Source: Camelus ferus (taxonomy: Eukaryota). From it: a stretch of DNA of 64,000 nt. The DNA is taken from assembly GCF_009834535.1 (NCBI RefSeq), contig NC_045697.1, positions 9,922,001 to 9,986,000 of the forward strand, written 5' to 3'. The notes beneath the pieces were generated by a model. It worked only from the letters and a program-made list of their open reading frames with translations, was not told the DNA's origin and searched no databases. Positions 50,940 through 63,530 of the stretch are shown here, piece after piece (within the stretch, counting starts at the first letter, position 1; every line of letters starts with the position of its first letter). The position numbers and the translations under genes are program-made.

Positions 50940-51300
50940 GAAAAGAAATAAAACACTGTTACAGGCTGTAACTTGGATGAACTTTGAAAACATAATCTAA
51001 GTGAAAGAAGCCAGTCACAAAGAAACATATTATATAATTATATTTATATGAAGTATCCAGAACAGGCAAATCTGTGGAGAGAGAAAGTAAATGGTGCTCA
51101 CCCAGGCCAGGGGGTCTGGAAGAGTTGTGGAGTGACTAATAGCGGATACTGAGTGTCCTCTTGGGGTGAGGAAAAATGCTAAAATTGATTGCGGACACGG
51201 TCGCAACTCTTTGACTATACTAAAGCCATTGAATTGTGCACTTTAAACAGATGAACTACATGTTATGTGAATTATATTTCCATGAAGTTGTTACAAAAAC
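50940..51300 (+). mobile_element. L1MB-like 3' UTR
   Basis: 'tggatgaactttgaaaacata...aagtgaaagaagccagtcacaaa...tccagaacaggcaaatct...cattgaattgtgcactttaaa'. Confidence 0.85.
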
Positions 51301-52104
51301 AACTTAGTAAGTGGTTACCCTATCAATATTACATACGAATAAGCAAAGAAAAATAATGCAAATGGGTATTAACTGCTTGGAATAAAATGTACAGGAACAG
51401 CATTGTGGACCCAAAAAGCTTTGAATCCCAAATAACTTGGGTGGGAATGGAGCTGGCGTGGTCTGGACATCCTTAGAGAATCCAGAAAGGGGACCTAGAC
51501 ATGACTGAAAAGAGACATCAAGGAGGCATCTAGAGGGCTGAATGAAGCTGTTTCATGAAATGCAATAGGAGAAAAAATGTTTAATATATCATTTTAGGTA
51601 CTATTGTTCAAATTGGAAAATATTGTGTGTATGTTAACATGTTTCATAAATAAATGTATATAGTAACTAAATTGATAATGTGGTAAATGGGCACTTGACC
51701 ATGTCATCCACTCCCCTAACATTTATTTAACCAGATTGGCCACATAGTTGAAGGGACTGTTACATTAGAAAAACGAAGTTTCAACTGAGAGTAGCAGCAC
51801 CCTAGGATCCCAAAGTTACACAGAACAAGGAAGAGCCCTAACTGTGTTAGAGAATCCTGCCAGTCTTCTTGGCCACACGGCTCTCCACACCAGGAGATTC
51901 AGGCTATGCCTGATTTAGAGGGAATATTTCTTGAAGACACAGACTGCCTAGACCAGTGCCAGATCTAAGTAGGCACTACTAAAAAACGGTTGTTCAAAGG
52001 GTATTGCACTTATGAATTCTGCTCCTGGAGTATTGACCTCTCCATGCTAGAACAGTTCAAATGAAGACGAGATGATCAAACACCTGCCAGTAATTCTGTA
52101 GTTT

Positions 52105-52530
52105 CATGTTTTCAGACTGCAGATTGCAACACATTAGTGAGCCATGAATCAATTTAATAGGTACTCAACCAGCACTGACATATATTATATCTTATACACT
52201 GTATATCTTACGTGTGTGTATATGTATATAATATACATATTCAGATCATATATTCTGATCATACATAATAGAAGAAATCAAAATTCAAAACAATACAGAA
52301 TACAATAGATGAAATTAGAATACTATACAATAGAAGAACACAATGGAATACAATAGAAGAAATTAGAATAAGGTTGAATTGATGGTACATATTGTACATG
52401 GTAAGGGTAAGTATTGTTTCCTGAAAATCTTTTTTCAGAGGTGTGTGTGTGTATGCATATGAACATGTTTGATCTAAAACATGTAAAATTTATTTCTTAC
52501 ACAATTTGCAGTTTAAGAATCTTTGAGATA
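52105..52530. mobile_element. hAT-Charlie-like MER relic with an internal (AATAG)-type low-complexity tract
   Basis: 'tgttttcagactgcagattgcaacacattagtgagccatgaatcaattta'; family uncertain. Confidence 0.45.
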
Positions 52531-53859
52531 CACTGTGGTGGAAGAAACTCCTGCAGTAGGTGGGAGGCAGGATGAGACGACCCCGAAGGTTCCACTTAGT
52601 TCTTGGGTGATAATTCTGGAATTCTCAGCACTGAAGAAGGAAAAAAGTGAGGCTCCTCCAAGACCGAGGAGATGGGGTGTCACCCTGCACTACTCAAACA
52701 CACACATAAGAAGCAAGCCCCCAACCATGCAGTAATTACAAACACACTGCGTGTTCCTCAGCTCCAACGGGAACTCACTGGAGAAGCAAAATCCAGAAAC
52801 CCTTCCCTTGCTGTAACAGGAAAGCATTTCAGGGGTTTAAGTCACAAGTCTAATGAATCTAAATGGCCAGACTATTTAAATTTCTAGACAGAGGAGGCTT
52901 GTAATCAGTAAACTTCTTACCAAGAGTTCCTCCTCGGGCCCCTCATTTGTGTTAATAAACTTCTCAGCAGTAGGTCCCTTACCACTGATAATATTTTCAA
53001 CAATGCATTGGTGCCAACTCTGGGGCTATACAGCATACTACAATTGGAGACATGGATACAGTCTGACCACAGAGTCCTGGAAAACCTCTTAAAAATTCCA
53101 AAACAAGTTTAAAAAATGAGTTAGGTTTTCTTCCTCTTAAAGGATGAAGACATACCATTGGCAAGAAGCTCTGTGAGTGGTATGTCATTATAAACATCTT
53201 TAGCTTTTTTGAAATAAAGTGACTGAAACTAAAACAATCTGGTTAAATCATTAACTCTGCAACTCTTCAACTCCTGGAAGCAACAGTCCAACTTAAAACA
53301 ATAAGTTAATATTCACTGAGCACAAACTAAGTACCACTCATCATGGTAAGTGCTATGGGCTGGTTGGAAAATCTGGTTGACACAGAGTTCCTGCTGCGTC
53401 TCCAGGATGTACAGTTTAATAGTGGAAGTGGCCTGAACTCAAAGAACAAACACAGAGGGCAACTATATAGAAAGGATTAATCTTTTCTGGGTCAAAACCT
53501 TTTCAGATGCAATCAAAGCCATAGACACCTTCACCAAAAAAATGCCCATACACACACCCAATGCATTTGTTTGCAATTTAATTGTATGTGTGGATTTGGG
53601 GTTCCACATAATTAATTTAAAAGAAGTTTAATAAAAGTTAAATGGAAGAGAAAAAAACAAATTTACAACAGAAGCTCTCTTAATCCAACTTCCTCTTTAC
53701 CAACTCACTGGCTTAAGTCTTGCTTTTCATTTTCTTTTTAAAAGATACCAAGTGATGCTGGAGTGTGTTGAATGTTCCCTATCTGGATATAGATGACTCG
53801 CTATGTGTATTTCTGTTCCTGCCATTTAGTTTTTAACTGACCAAGAGTCAGAGGTGTTT

Positions 53860-54298
53860 GGTCCTGACTTAGCTCTGGCTGTCATACAAAATACGATAGA
53901 CTGAATGACTTAACCAACGGAAATGTATTTTCTCACAGTTCTGGAGGTTTGAAGTTCCAAGATTGAGGCAATTTGGTTTCTAATCTGGTTTCTGATGAGG
54001 TCTCTCCTCCTGGCTTGTAGGCAGCCACCATCTTGCTGTGTGTTCACATGACCTCTTCTTTGTGGGCACATGGAAAGGGAGAGAAGGAGAGAGAATGCTC
54101 AAGCTGTCTGATGTCTCTTCTTCTAAGGACATTAATGCTATCAGATCAAGAGCCCCCTCTTATGATCTCATTTAACCATAATTATTTCTTTAGAAGCCCT
54201 GTCTCCAAATAAAGATGCACTAGGAAGTAGGGCTCCAACATGTGAATTTGATGGTGTGGGAAGGGGATGATTTGGACACAAACATTCAGTCCATAACA
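53860..54298 (-). mobile_element. MaLR solo LTR (MLT1B/C type)
   Basis: 'tttctcacagttctggagg...tctcttcttctaaggacatta...ccctgtctccaaata...cattcagtccataaca'. Confidence 0.85.
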
Positions 54299-54377
54299 GC
54301 TCCCAATCCTGATTTACACTGGCAATTATATAATTTGCCTAATAGAATGTAAATCCAGGTAAAACAAATATGAGCTC

Positions 54378-54500
54378 TGTAGTAGGCAGAATAATGGTTT
54401 CCCAAAGTTGCACACACCCACATCCCCAAAACCTATGAAAATGCTAGATTACATGACAAAGGAAAATTAAGGTTACAGGTGGAATTAAGATGCAACTGCT
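54378..54500 (+). mobile_element. MLT1D-like LTR 5' fragment
   Basis: 'tgtagtaggcagaataatgg...cccaaag...attacatgacaaagg...aattaaggttacaggtggaattaag'. Confidence 0.75.
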
Positions 54501-54539
54501 TTTAATACCTACTTTTTTTCCTCATAAGAACTTGAGTAA

Positions 54540-57440
54540 TGCTTTGGAAAGACTTAATAACAAGGTAAGTCAAAGTAAACATTTGCTGCCATATTAGATG
54601 CAGGACAGACTCATTTTAAAATATTGGTGGAAAGAAAAATGGGACCAAAGCAATATGTGAAGACTTGATGGCTAAAAATAGATTTCAAAATTATGGAAAA
54701 TGTTTAGCCACAGGTTTAAAATAAACACTATATATCCCAATCTTAGTATCAAAATAGAAATGATGAAAACCAAGTGAAACAAGAAAATATCACAAAAGGG
54801 AACAGATCTAAAATCAACTGACTCTCACCAGAAACAATAGAAGCCAAAATACAGTACGACGTCCTCAAAGTGATAGAGAAAATTACCGCCAACTCAAACA
54901 CTTGTACCCAGGGAAAATACCCTTCAAAAACAAAAATAAAGACACTTACAGACAAAACTGGAGAGAATTGTCACCAACAGACTAAAAGGAATACCAAAGA
55001 GAAGGAAAATGTCACAAATCAAAGTTCAAAGATAATATGGAAAGAAAAGCAATTAGTATGTTTAAATCTCAGTGAATATTAGCTATATTAAATAACAATT
55101 CTTATGGAGAATTTAAATACCCAATAACAATAACAGAAGTGTCAGGAGTAGGTATTTATTTATTTTTAGAGGAGGCACTGGGGATTGGACCCAGGACCTC
55201 ATGCATGCTAAGCATGCGCTCTACCACTTGAGCTATACCCTCCCCCCAGGAGTAGGTAAATGCAGTTTAAGGGGTCCATCATTCCTTGTATGGACTGGAA
55301 TATGATAAAAACAAGAATTTATACTGGATTTTATAAGTTATAAAAACATACTGTAAAGCTCAGAGTAACCAATAAAGAATACGTCACTAGTTTATTGCAT
55401 TCTTTCCTAAAACTCATTGTGTGTGTTTTATATAACAATTATAATATGTATAATATGTATAGTGTAATACAGCAAGTAAATTACAATAACATGTTAATAG
55501 AGTATAATATTAGAATAATTTTTTTGAAAGAAGGTAGTAAAGGAGAGAAAAAGTAATATGTTGGGACAAGTGTTTAGTTGGGATTGACTCCAAAGAGGCA
55601 AGAAGGAACATTGTGGAGTGATGGAAATACTCTGCCTTCATCACAGTAGTGCTTACATAGCTATATACATCGGTCAAAATTAATTAAATTGTATACTTAT
55701 AAAGGGTGAGTTTATTGTATGAAATTATACCTCAATAAATTGGATTTAAAAAGAAAATAACTGGTAGAAACCAGTAGACTTTAAGGCAAGAAATTACTGA
55801 ATTAAAAGAGGTCCATTTTATGAGATAAAAGTTTTATTCACCAGGAAGATAATAGTATTTATAAACAAACATGTAACTAATAAATGGCCTCAAGACATCT
55901 AAAGTAGTAATAATAAACAGAACTAAACAGAAAAATATGCAAATCAGAATCAAAATGGCGGATATTGCTAAGGCTCTCTCAGTAACGGCTAGAACAAGTA
56001 CACAAAAAGCAGTACAAATGTAAACGATCTGACAGCATGATAAACCACCAATCTAATTTACTTACCCAGAAAACTGCAAATAATAACACGTGATGTCAAG
56101 CATACACATGGAGTATTTAACGATAGTTTAAAATAAAGCAAACCTAAAAAAAATTTCAAAGATTGAATCATCAGAATATAGTCTGACTATAGTAGAATTA
56201 ATCTGGAAATTAATCTTATATTTGGAAATAAGGAAGTATTCTTTTGAATTAACTCCTAAGTCAAAGAAGAAATCACAATGAAGATTTTAAAATATCTTAA
56301 AGTTAGGGATAATAAAAATACAATATATCAAAATTTCTAGAATGTAAGTAAACTGTGTTTAGAGGGTAATTTATGGCCTATTAGAAAAAGAGAACAGGTT
56401 AAAAATTGATTGACCTAATTTCAGATTGATCTAAATTCAGATTGATCTAAGCATCAATCTGAAGAAGTTGGAAAAAAAAAACAGTAAACGAAATTCAAAG
56501 AAGGGAAGGACAAAGATCAGAAATCTACGAAATAAAAAACAAACCTACAACAGAGAGAATAAACAATGTCCAAAATTTGTTATTTGAAAAGACTAATACG
56601 ATTGATAAAACCCTGGCAAGAACAACAGGACAGACAGAGAGAAGGTTAAAAAAACCAACATCATACCTGAAAAGGGGTATAAACCTAGAAAGTTCTAGAA
56701 AAGAAAAATGTAATAAGATCAATGGTTTCCTGTGTTTAACGATGTGGGGTGTTACTGTCCAGCAAAGGGCACAGGGAAGGTTTCTGTATCTTCTTGTAAC
56801 AGCTTCCTGGGGAGACACATTTGTCAAAGTTCACTGAATTGTACACTTAAAAGTCATTCATTTTATTATATATGCATTACATATCAGTCATGTTCCTTTA
56901 AGGGAAAAAAAGTAGTAACTATTAGAAAGCAAGGGAAAAATGACTGTTTTCCAAAGATATGCAGAAAAGCCAAAGGAACTACACGTAAGCTGTGGAAATT
57001 AATAATGTAATATAGCAAGATTGCTGGATATATGGTCAATAGAATGAAATCAATTATATTTCTAATTACCAACAACAAATAGAAGATAAAATCCAAGGGA
57101 AGATATTATTTACAATAGCATTATGGTCTAGTCCGTGGCTTAACTGTCAACAGAGTTTACACAGTCATTGTAAAATAGCCATGAATACTAGTATTAGTTT
57201 GTAAGCAAAACTGTGATAGAATTGTAATGACAGGATAGGAGAAATGTAATGACAGCAGAGGCAGGGGCTGGGAAGAGAATTAAATACTTGTATCCAGTAA
57301 TTGGAAATGAGAGGCTGAAGATGAAAACAGATCAACAACGGACAATATAAGTGGTTTCTTTAGAGACACAGAGGTAGAGACAAAAGAGTAATTTGATTCC
57401 TAAACTTTGTATATGCATAGTTATGACAAAAATTAAAATG
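54540..57440 (+). mobile_element. Old, fragmented sense L1 (ORF1 end, ORF2 pieces, nested 3' UTR pieces)
   Basis: A-rich; ORF 56577 'LFEKTNTIDKTLAR' matches L1 ORF2 'FFEKINKIDKPLAR'; 'gcaagattgctggatata..gtcaata'. Confidence 0.8.
55155..55246 (-). mobile_element. tRNA-Ala-derived SINE (Vic-1-like), short-tailed, perfect 12-bp TSD
   Basis: Minus strand reads GGGTATAGCTCAAGTGGTAGAGCGCATGCTTAGCATGCATGAGGTCCTGGGTCCAATCCCCAGTGCCTCC; TSD caggagtaggta at 55143-55154 and 55247-55258. Confidence 0.92.
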
Positions 57441-57454
57441 GCTTTAAAATGAGA

Positions 57455-57670
57455 ACATGGACAATGGAATCAGAGAACCCTGAGTTTGAAATCAGTCTCC
57501 TTTATTTTCTCCTTCCTTTTCTTGCTGTGTAACCTGGGTGGAATCTCATAACCTTCCCAAGACTTTCATTTTTCACCTGCAGAATTGGAATAATAGCACT
57601 TATTTCATAGGGTTGTCATGCAGATTGAAGCAGGTAAAAGGATAGGAAACAGGATGCTTAACATGGCAGC
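57455..57670 (+). mobile_element. MIR SINE
   Basis: 'ggaatcagagaaccctgagtttgaaatc...gctgtgtaacctggg...tcatagggttgtcatgcagatt'. Confidence 0.8.
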
Positions 57671-58530
57671 TGATTGCAGCTCGCTCCCCATGAAAACTGA
57701 TTAGAGTCAATTCAAGAGGCAGACAGTGCAAAGTGGGGAGACAGAGGAACACAATTTAGATCCAGTGATGGGAAAGGTCTTTGTCTAGGGCGGCTCTTCT
57801 TAGAGAGCCAGGAGCACCTGGAAAACCTCAGCACCTGGACTGGAAGATGCTCCGGCTTGCATTTGCTGCTGCCTGGGAGGTTTGGGCTGACCTGCAGGTT
57901 CAGGTTGAGAAAGATACCTGTGATCTCTAGTGACCTCTTTGTATGACCCCAGGCAGGCTCTCCACTTAAGCTGACTCACAATATACGCTATTGGCATCAC
58001 TCATACTTCTTCCTGCTTCTGTAGGACAATTCCTCAGCCCGGTACACCTTCTCCTCTAAAACCCATCTTATAGATGGATGAATTCTGCTGTTTCTCAACT
58101 GTCTTATCTCCATTATCTTAGCATCTGTATACTGCATTTTTCCAGTCGTGTATTAATACAATATTTTTCAGGAAAAGTTGTGAGAGACTTTGATATAGGC
58201 AGAAAATATTCTTGAGTGTTTAGTCTAATATACCCTTCTGGATTCCCTCTGCCTTTCATTGTCTTTGAACTATTTTATCACTCTTTAAACCATAGAAAAA
58301 CGATAATAATGTAGATCATTCTTGTCCAGAGAAACACAAACGAATTGTGCCCAGTGGCATGCAATTGATTATTGCCCTTTGAATCCTGACTAGTAGATTT
58401 ATTTCAACATTCTCAATTGCCTCATAGTAGACATTTTAAAATGTGTGTTGATCTAATGAATGACACTGAAGTTTAAAGTATATACCATCAGAACTCACCA
58501 GTTAAAGTCTATAATTATTGGTCATCTGTA

Positions 58531-61250
58531 GGGGGATTGATCAAGATAGCAGAGTAAGAGGATGTGGAGTTCACCTCCCCCCACGAATACATCAAAAACA
58601 AATCTACTTGTGCAACATTTCTCCACAACTGGAACAAGTGGAAGATGGCAGAACGGCTCTCATACAACCAAAGCTGCAAGGAAGAGCCACACGTAATTGG
58701 GAAGGAAGGAAAGAAAAGTGATCGAGTCAGGACCTTGCCCCTGGGAGGGACTCAGAGGGAAAGGAAACTATATGGGCAGAGCGGCACCCTGGGGAGTGAG
58801 CAGCAAGAGCCAATTCACCACAGCTCACCTCCCACCCCCAGTACAGGCTGAGAATCCACGCCAGCTTCACCTGCCCCTCAGTGAGACTCAGAACAGGGCG
58901 GGAGTGGTGACAGGCTGTGAAGGAGAGAAGGGACCCCCATGCGATGCTGTGAAAGAAACACCTGCAGCAGATGCTGCCCAGGCAGAGCACTGGGGCAGCT
59001 CAGGGCTCTGTCTGCAGCCAGCGTGACCTGAGCGCCCACAAGGGTCCTCCTTGCCTCAGTACTCCCACCTCCGTGACAAGGGCCCCAGTGCTGGGAGAGG
59101 GGAAAACACACACTTAATGGGAACAGAGCCGCCTCAGGCTCAACCTTCAGGGCTTCCACTCTAGCAACTTAGGATCTGAGCCCACCACCAGTAGTGTGGA
59201 TATGACTATGGAGCAGAGGGGAAGTCTCCCTTCACATGGGCTCCAGCTCTAGCCCCTCCACTTCCAGCCCCACCCCCTACTAAGGGGACAGCTGCCAGCA
59301 CCCCCTGAGGAGAGATGTGACTTGTGTCCACACCAAATCCAGCTCTTCTCCCAAAGGCAGTCCACATAGGGATGCTCCCCCATACGAACACCCCTTCAAG
59401 ACCACAGTGTGTAAATGTTTCACCTAAATTCACAGAGACAGAGAAAGTCAAGCAAAATGAAAAAGCAGAGGAATTTCTCTCAATGGAAAGAGCAAGAGAA
59501 AAATCCTTGAAAAAATAATGAAACACAGATTAAACAATTTACTAGATGAAGAATCCAAAGCACTGGTAATAAAATGTTAACTGAATTAGGAAAAAGAATG
59601 ATAAACATAGTAAAAAATTTAACAAGGAACTAGAAAATATAAAATACCTAACCAGAAATGAAGTTAATGAATTCAGTAACTTAAATAAACACACACACAC
59701 ACACACACACTAAGAGGAATGAATAACAGACTAAAGGATACAGAAGAACACATAAGTGACTGGAAGATAGACTAATGGAAATCAACCAATCAGACCAGCA
59801 AAAAGGAAAACAGATTACAATAATAAAAACAGCTTAAGAGAGCTTTAGATAATATTAAGAGTGCCAACATCCACATTACAGGGGTCCTCAAGGGAGAAGA
59901 CAGAGAGTGAAGAAAATCGAAAATGTATGTGAGGAATGTATTTGAGGGTCCCAAATAAGATGAACTCAAACAGACTCACACTAAGACATATAATTAAAAT
60001 GGCAAAAGTTAAAGAGAGAATTCTAAAGGCAACAAAAGAAAAACAAAGTTATACACAAGGGAATTCCCATAAGGCTATCAGCTGATTTCTCTGCAAAAAC
60101 TTTGCAGGCCAGAAGGCAGTGGAAAGATATATTCAAAGTGCTGAAAAGGGAAAAATCTGCAACCCAGGATACTCTATCCAGAAATATTACCATTTAGAAT
60201 CGAAGGAGAAATTAAAAAATGATCGACAAGGGATTAATCTCCAAAATATATCAACAGCTAATACAACTCAGTACCAAAAAACAAAATAACACACAAGTGA
60301 ACGCACACAAAAAAACCCAATCTAAAAGATGGCTAGAAGACTTGAATAGATTTTTTTCCAAAGAAAACATACAAATGACAAACAGGCACATGAAAAGATG
60401 CTCAGCATTGTTACTTATTAGAGAAATGCAAATCAAACAAACAATGAGATATCACCTCACACCAATCAGGGTGGCTATCATCAAGAAGTCTGTAAATGCA
60501 AATGTACGTGAGGATGTGGAGAAAAGGAAACCCGTTGTTAAGAATGTAAATTGGTATAGCCATTATGGAAAACAGTAAGGAGGTTTCCCAAAAAGCTAAA
60601 AATAGAACTGCCATATGATCCAGCAATTCCACTTTTGGGTGTATATCCAGAAAAAAATGAAAACACTAATTCAAAAAGACACATGCACCCCAAAGTTCTT
60701 GGCAGCACTATTTACAATAGCTAAGGTAAGGGGGCAGCCCAAGTGTCCATGAACAGGTGACTGGATAAAGAAGATGTGGTATACATATATATATATATAT
60801 ACACACAATAGAATATTACTCAGCTATGAAAAGAATGAAATTCTACCTTTTGCAGCAACATTGGATGAGCTTAGGGAATATTATGTTTAGTGATATGAGT
60901 CGGACGAGACAAATATTATATGTTATCACTTATATGTGGAATCTAAAAACTAAAACCAAAAAAAAATGTGTATAACAAAACAGTGACAAACTCACAGATA
61001 TAGAAAACAAACTAGTGGTAACCACAGTGGGGAGAAGAGAAGGCGGAAAGCGAGTTAGGGGTCTAGGATTAAGAGATACAAACTACTGTGTATAAAATAG
61101 GTGAGCAACAAGAATATATTACACAGCACAGGAATGATAGCCATTGTTTTGTAATAATGTTCAGTGAAGTATAATCTATAAAAATACTGAATCACCATGC
61201 TGTACAACTGAAACTAAAATATTGTAAATCGATTACATTTCAATAGAAAA
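58531..61250 (+). mobile_element. L1 with 5' UTR, decayed ORF1, ORF2 C-terminus and 3' UTR; large internal deletion
   Basis: L1 5' start 'caagatagcagagtaagaggatgtggagttcacctcc'; ORF1 'cccataaggctatcagctgatttctc'; ORF 60219 'DKGLISKIY...[16 protein letters not shown]' is the ORF2 C-terminal region. Confidence 0.9.
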
Positions 61251-61618
61251 TGGTGTCTATAATCTCATAGTATTAAGAGGGGTAGGCATATTTTAGATAT
61301 TAAGAGAATAAATTATCAGTTACCTTCAAAGTTTTTCTACCTACATTTCATGCCAGTAATTGATATACCTCTCCCTTTAACTCCTCCTTGGAAGTAAACT
61401 ACGTACAAGTCAGAAATAAAGGGTTAATATGCAAATTTTAAAAATAAATAAAAAGTCTATGATTCTTATGGGTAGATGAGGTTACCGTTCAGCTTCTAAG
61501 GAACATTGTTGACAATGCCTCCAGGTTCTTCGCCCTCCGCGGGTTCAGCTACGCTTACTGCCCACCGCTCTGCAGGCTCGGAGGAAGTCACTCTCACTTG
61601 CTCTTCCTTTTCCTCCAG

Positions 61619-61708
61619 GCTTTGAGGCACCTTGCATGGATGAGGTCTTCGATCTCCCGTTGATCAAATGCAGCAGGCCACCTGGACAGAAAACTGCAGT
61701 TACAGCAG
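61619..61708 (+). other. Candidate orphan 90-nt exon (gene unknown)
   Basis: Branch CTCAC, pyrimidine tract, CAG acceptor and CAG|GTACAC donor; one open frame (phase 1-1). Confidence 0.35.
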
Positions 61709-61714
61709 GTACAC

Positions 61715-62045
61715 GTGGCTATGGAATACACAACGATTACAGAGAGACAGGGAGACAGAGAAGAGGCAGACTGATGTAGAACTTATTCAAGGTGTGTAAA
61801 GTTAAAAAAAAATCCAACTGCAGAGCAACATGATAGTCTGATCCCATGTTTGTAAAATACACATACACACAGTGGTTTATTCATTAAATAAAATGAACAA
61901 GATAATACGCCGAACCTTTGAGAGAAGGTTGGGATTATGGAAAATGTTTCTTTATGGGACATGTATTTCTGTAATGTTTCCATTTTATTTACAGTAATCA
62001 CATTTTACTGTTGTTATAATAAAAATGAGAAATTTAAAGATCTAA
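61715..62045 (+). mobile_element. Ancient L1ME-like 3' fragment
   Basis: 'atggaatacaca...aagttaaaaaaa...atcccatgtttgtaaa...cattttactgttgttataat'. Confidence 0.55.
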
Positions 62046-62393
62046 AAGGAAAAAAGAGAAAGCAGTTGACTCTGCAAACAAGGACTCCGAGATGCAGACC
62101 CACGGCAGTTTTCCTGGGAATGTGATGTAGGAAACGTAAGCCTTTATCATGGGATATTGTTCTCAATCAGAACTAAGCGTGAACAGAAATGGAATTAGCA
62201 GTGTTATCTTCAAATACAAAAGACAGCAGAATTTTCCCCCTAATGGCTTCCAAAGTATTCTCTGATCAAAATAGACCTGGAAAAAAAATGAATAGAGCCC
62301 ATCAATAAGAAATTTTTACCATTTGAAAGATTATTTGTAGCTTACCAGGAACCTAATGTCAGGAATGATTCATCAGTTAAGACTTCACAGTCA

Positions 62394-63285
62394 AGACATA
62401 CAAATGGCCAATAGGCACATGAAAAAATGCTCAGGATCGCTAATTATCAGAGAAATGCAAGTCAAAACTACAATGAGGTATCACCTCACACCAGTCAGAA
62501 TGGCCATCATTTAAAAAGTCCACAAACAATAAATCCTGGAGAGACTGGAGAAAAGGGAACCCTCTTACACTGCTGGTGGGAATGTTTGGTGCAGCCGTTA
62601 TGGAAAACAGTATGGAGATTCCTCAAAAAGCCAAAAGTAGACTTACCCTATGATCCAGCAATCCCACTCCTGGGCATATTTTTCGAGGGAACTCTAATTC
62701 AGAAAGATTCATGCACCCCAGTGTTCATAGCAACACTATAGACAATAGCCAAGACATGGAAACAGCCCAAATGTCCATCAACAGATGACTGGATAAAGAG
62801 GTTGTGGTACATTTATACAATGGAATACTACTCAGCCATAACAAATAATAATAAAATAATGCCACTTGCAGCAACATGGCTGGATCTAGAGATCATCATT
62901 CTAAGTGAAGTAAGCCAGAAAGAGAAAGACAAATACCATATGACATCACTCATATGTGGAATCTAAAAATAAAGACACAAATGAACTTATTTACAAAACA
63001 GAAACAGACCCACAGACATAGAAAATGAACTTATGGTTACTGGGTGGGGGAAGGGGTGGGAAGGAATAAATTGGGATTTGGGGATTTGCAGATACTAACT
63101 ACTATGTATAAAATAGATAGACAACAAGTTTCTTCTGTACAGCACAGGGAGCCATATTCAATATCTTGTAGTAACCTATAATGAAAAAGAATATGAAAGC
63201 AAATATATGTTTGTCTATATATGACTGAAACATTATGCTGTACACCAGAAATTGACACACTGTAAACTGACTATACTTCAATAAA
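62394..63285 (+). mobile_element. Relatively young 5'-truncated L1 (about 890 bp) with TSD
   Basis: ORF 62427 '[27 protein letters not shown]' is the ORF2 C-terminus; TSD aagacttcaca(g)tca at 62379-62393 and 63286-63299; TT/AAGA target site. Confidence 0.93.
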
Positions 63286-63359
63286 AAGACTTCACATCAC
63301 TTTTGAATCTTGGATGCTTTCTAAGTTTATATAGACATCAGTGTTTAACAAGCTTGTTT

Positions 63360-63530
63360 TTAAAGGCATTTATTAATCTACCAGGTGCTTGATATTCTAC
63401 TACTTTCTTCCACATGCCTTTTCTCACTCATGTGTTGATTAACCTTATCCAGCAGATTATCTTCTTTCGTTAGACGAGAAAACAGATTCTGGTGGTTAGA
63501 TAACTTGTTACCAACTTAGAAACAGAAGTG
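63360..63530 (-). mobile_element. MIR SINE
   Basis: 'gcatttattaatctaccaggtgct...tagacgagaaaacagattct..ggttagataacttg'. Confidence 0.6.

Noticed and set aside
52260..52380. CRISPR-like or satellite array in the aatacaatagaagaa repeats
   Set aside because: Degenerate low-complexity (AATAG)-type sequence in a eukaryotic genome, with no constant repeat-spacer structure
58507..61263. gtctataat as the TSD of the 2.7-kb L1
   Set aside because: The upstream copy is separated from the L1 start by about 15 unrelated bases, so it is not a clean TSD
61540..61681. Terminal coding exon of a named minus-strand gene, or a RING-like HxxCLxxW motif
   Set aside because: I could not match any frame to a known protein, the other RING cysteines are absent and I saw no nearby minus-strand poly(A) signal; kept only as an unassigned exon candidate
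60219..62741. ORFs 60219-60578 and 62427-62741 as genes
   Set aside because: They are frameshifted L1 ORF2 C-terminal remnants
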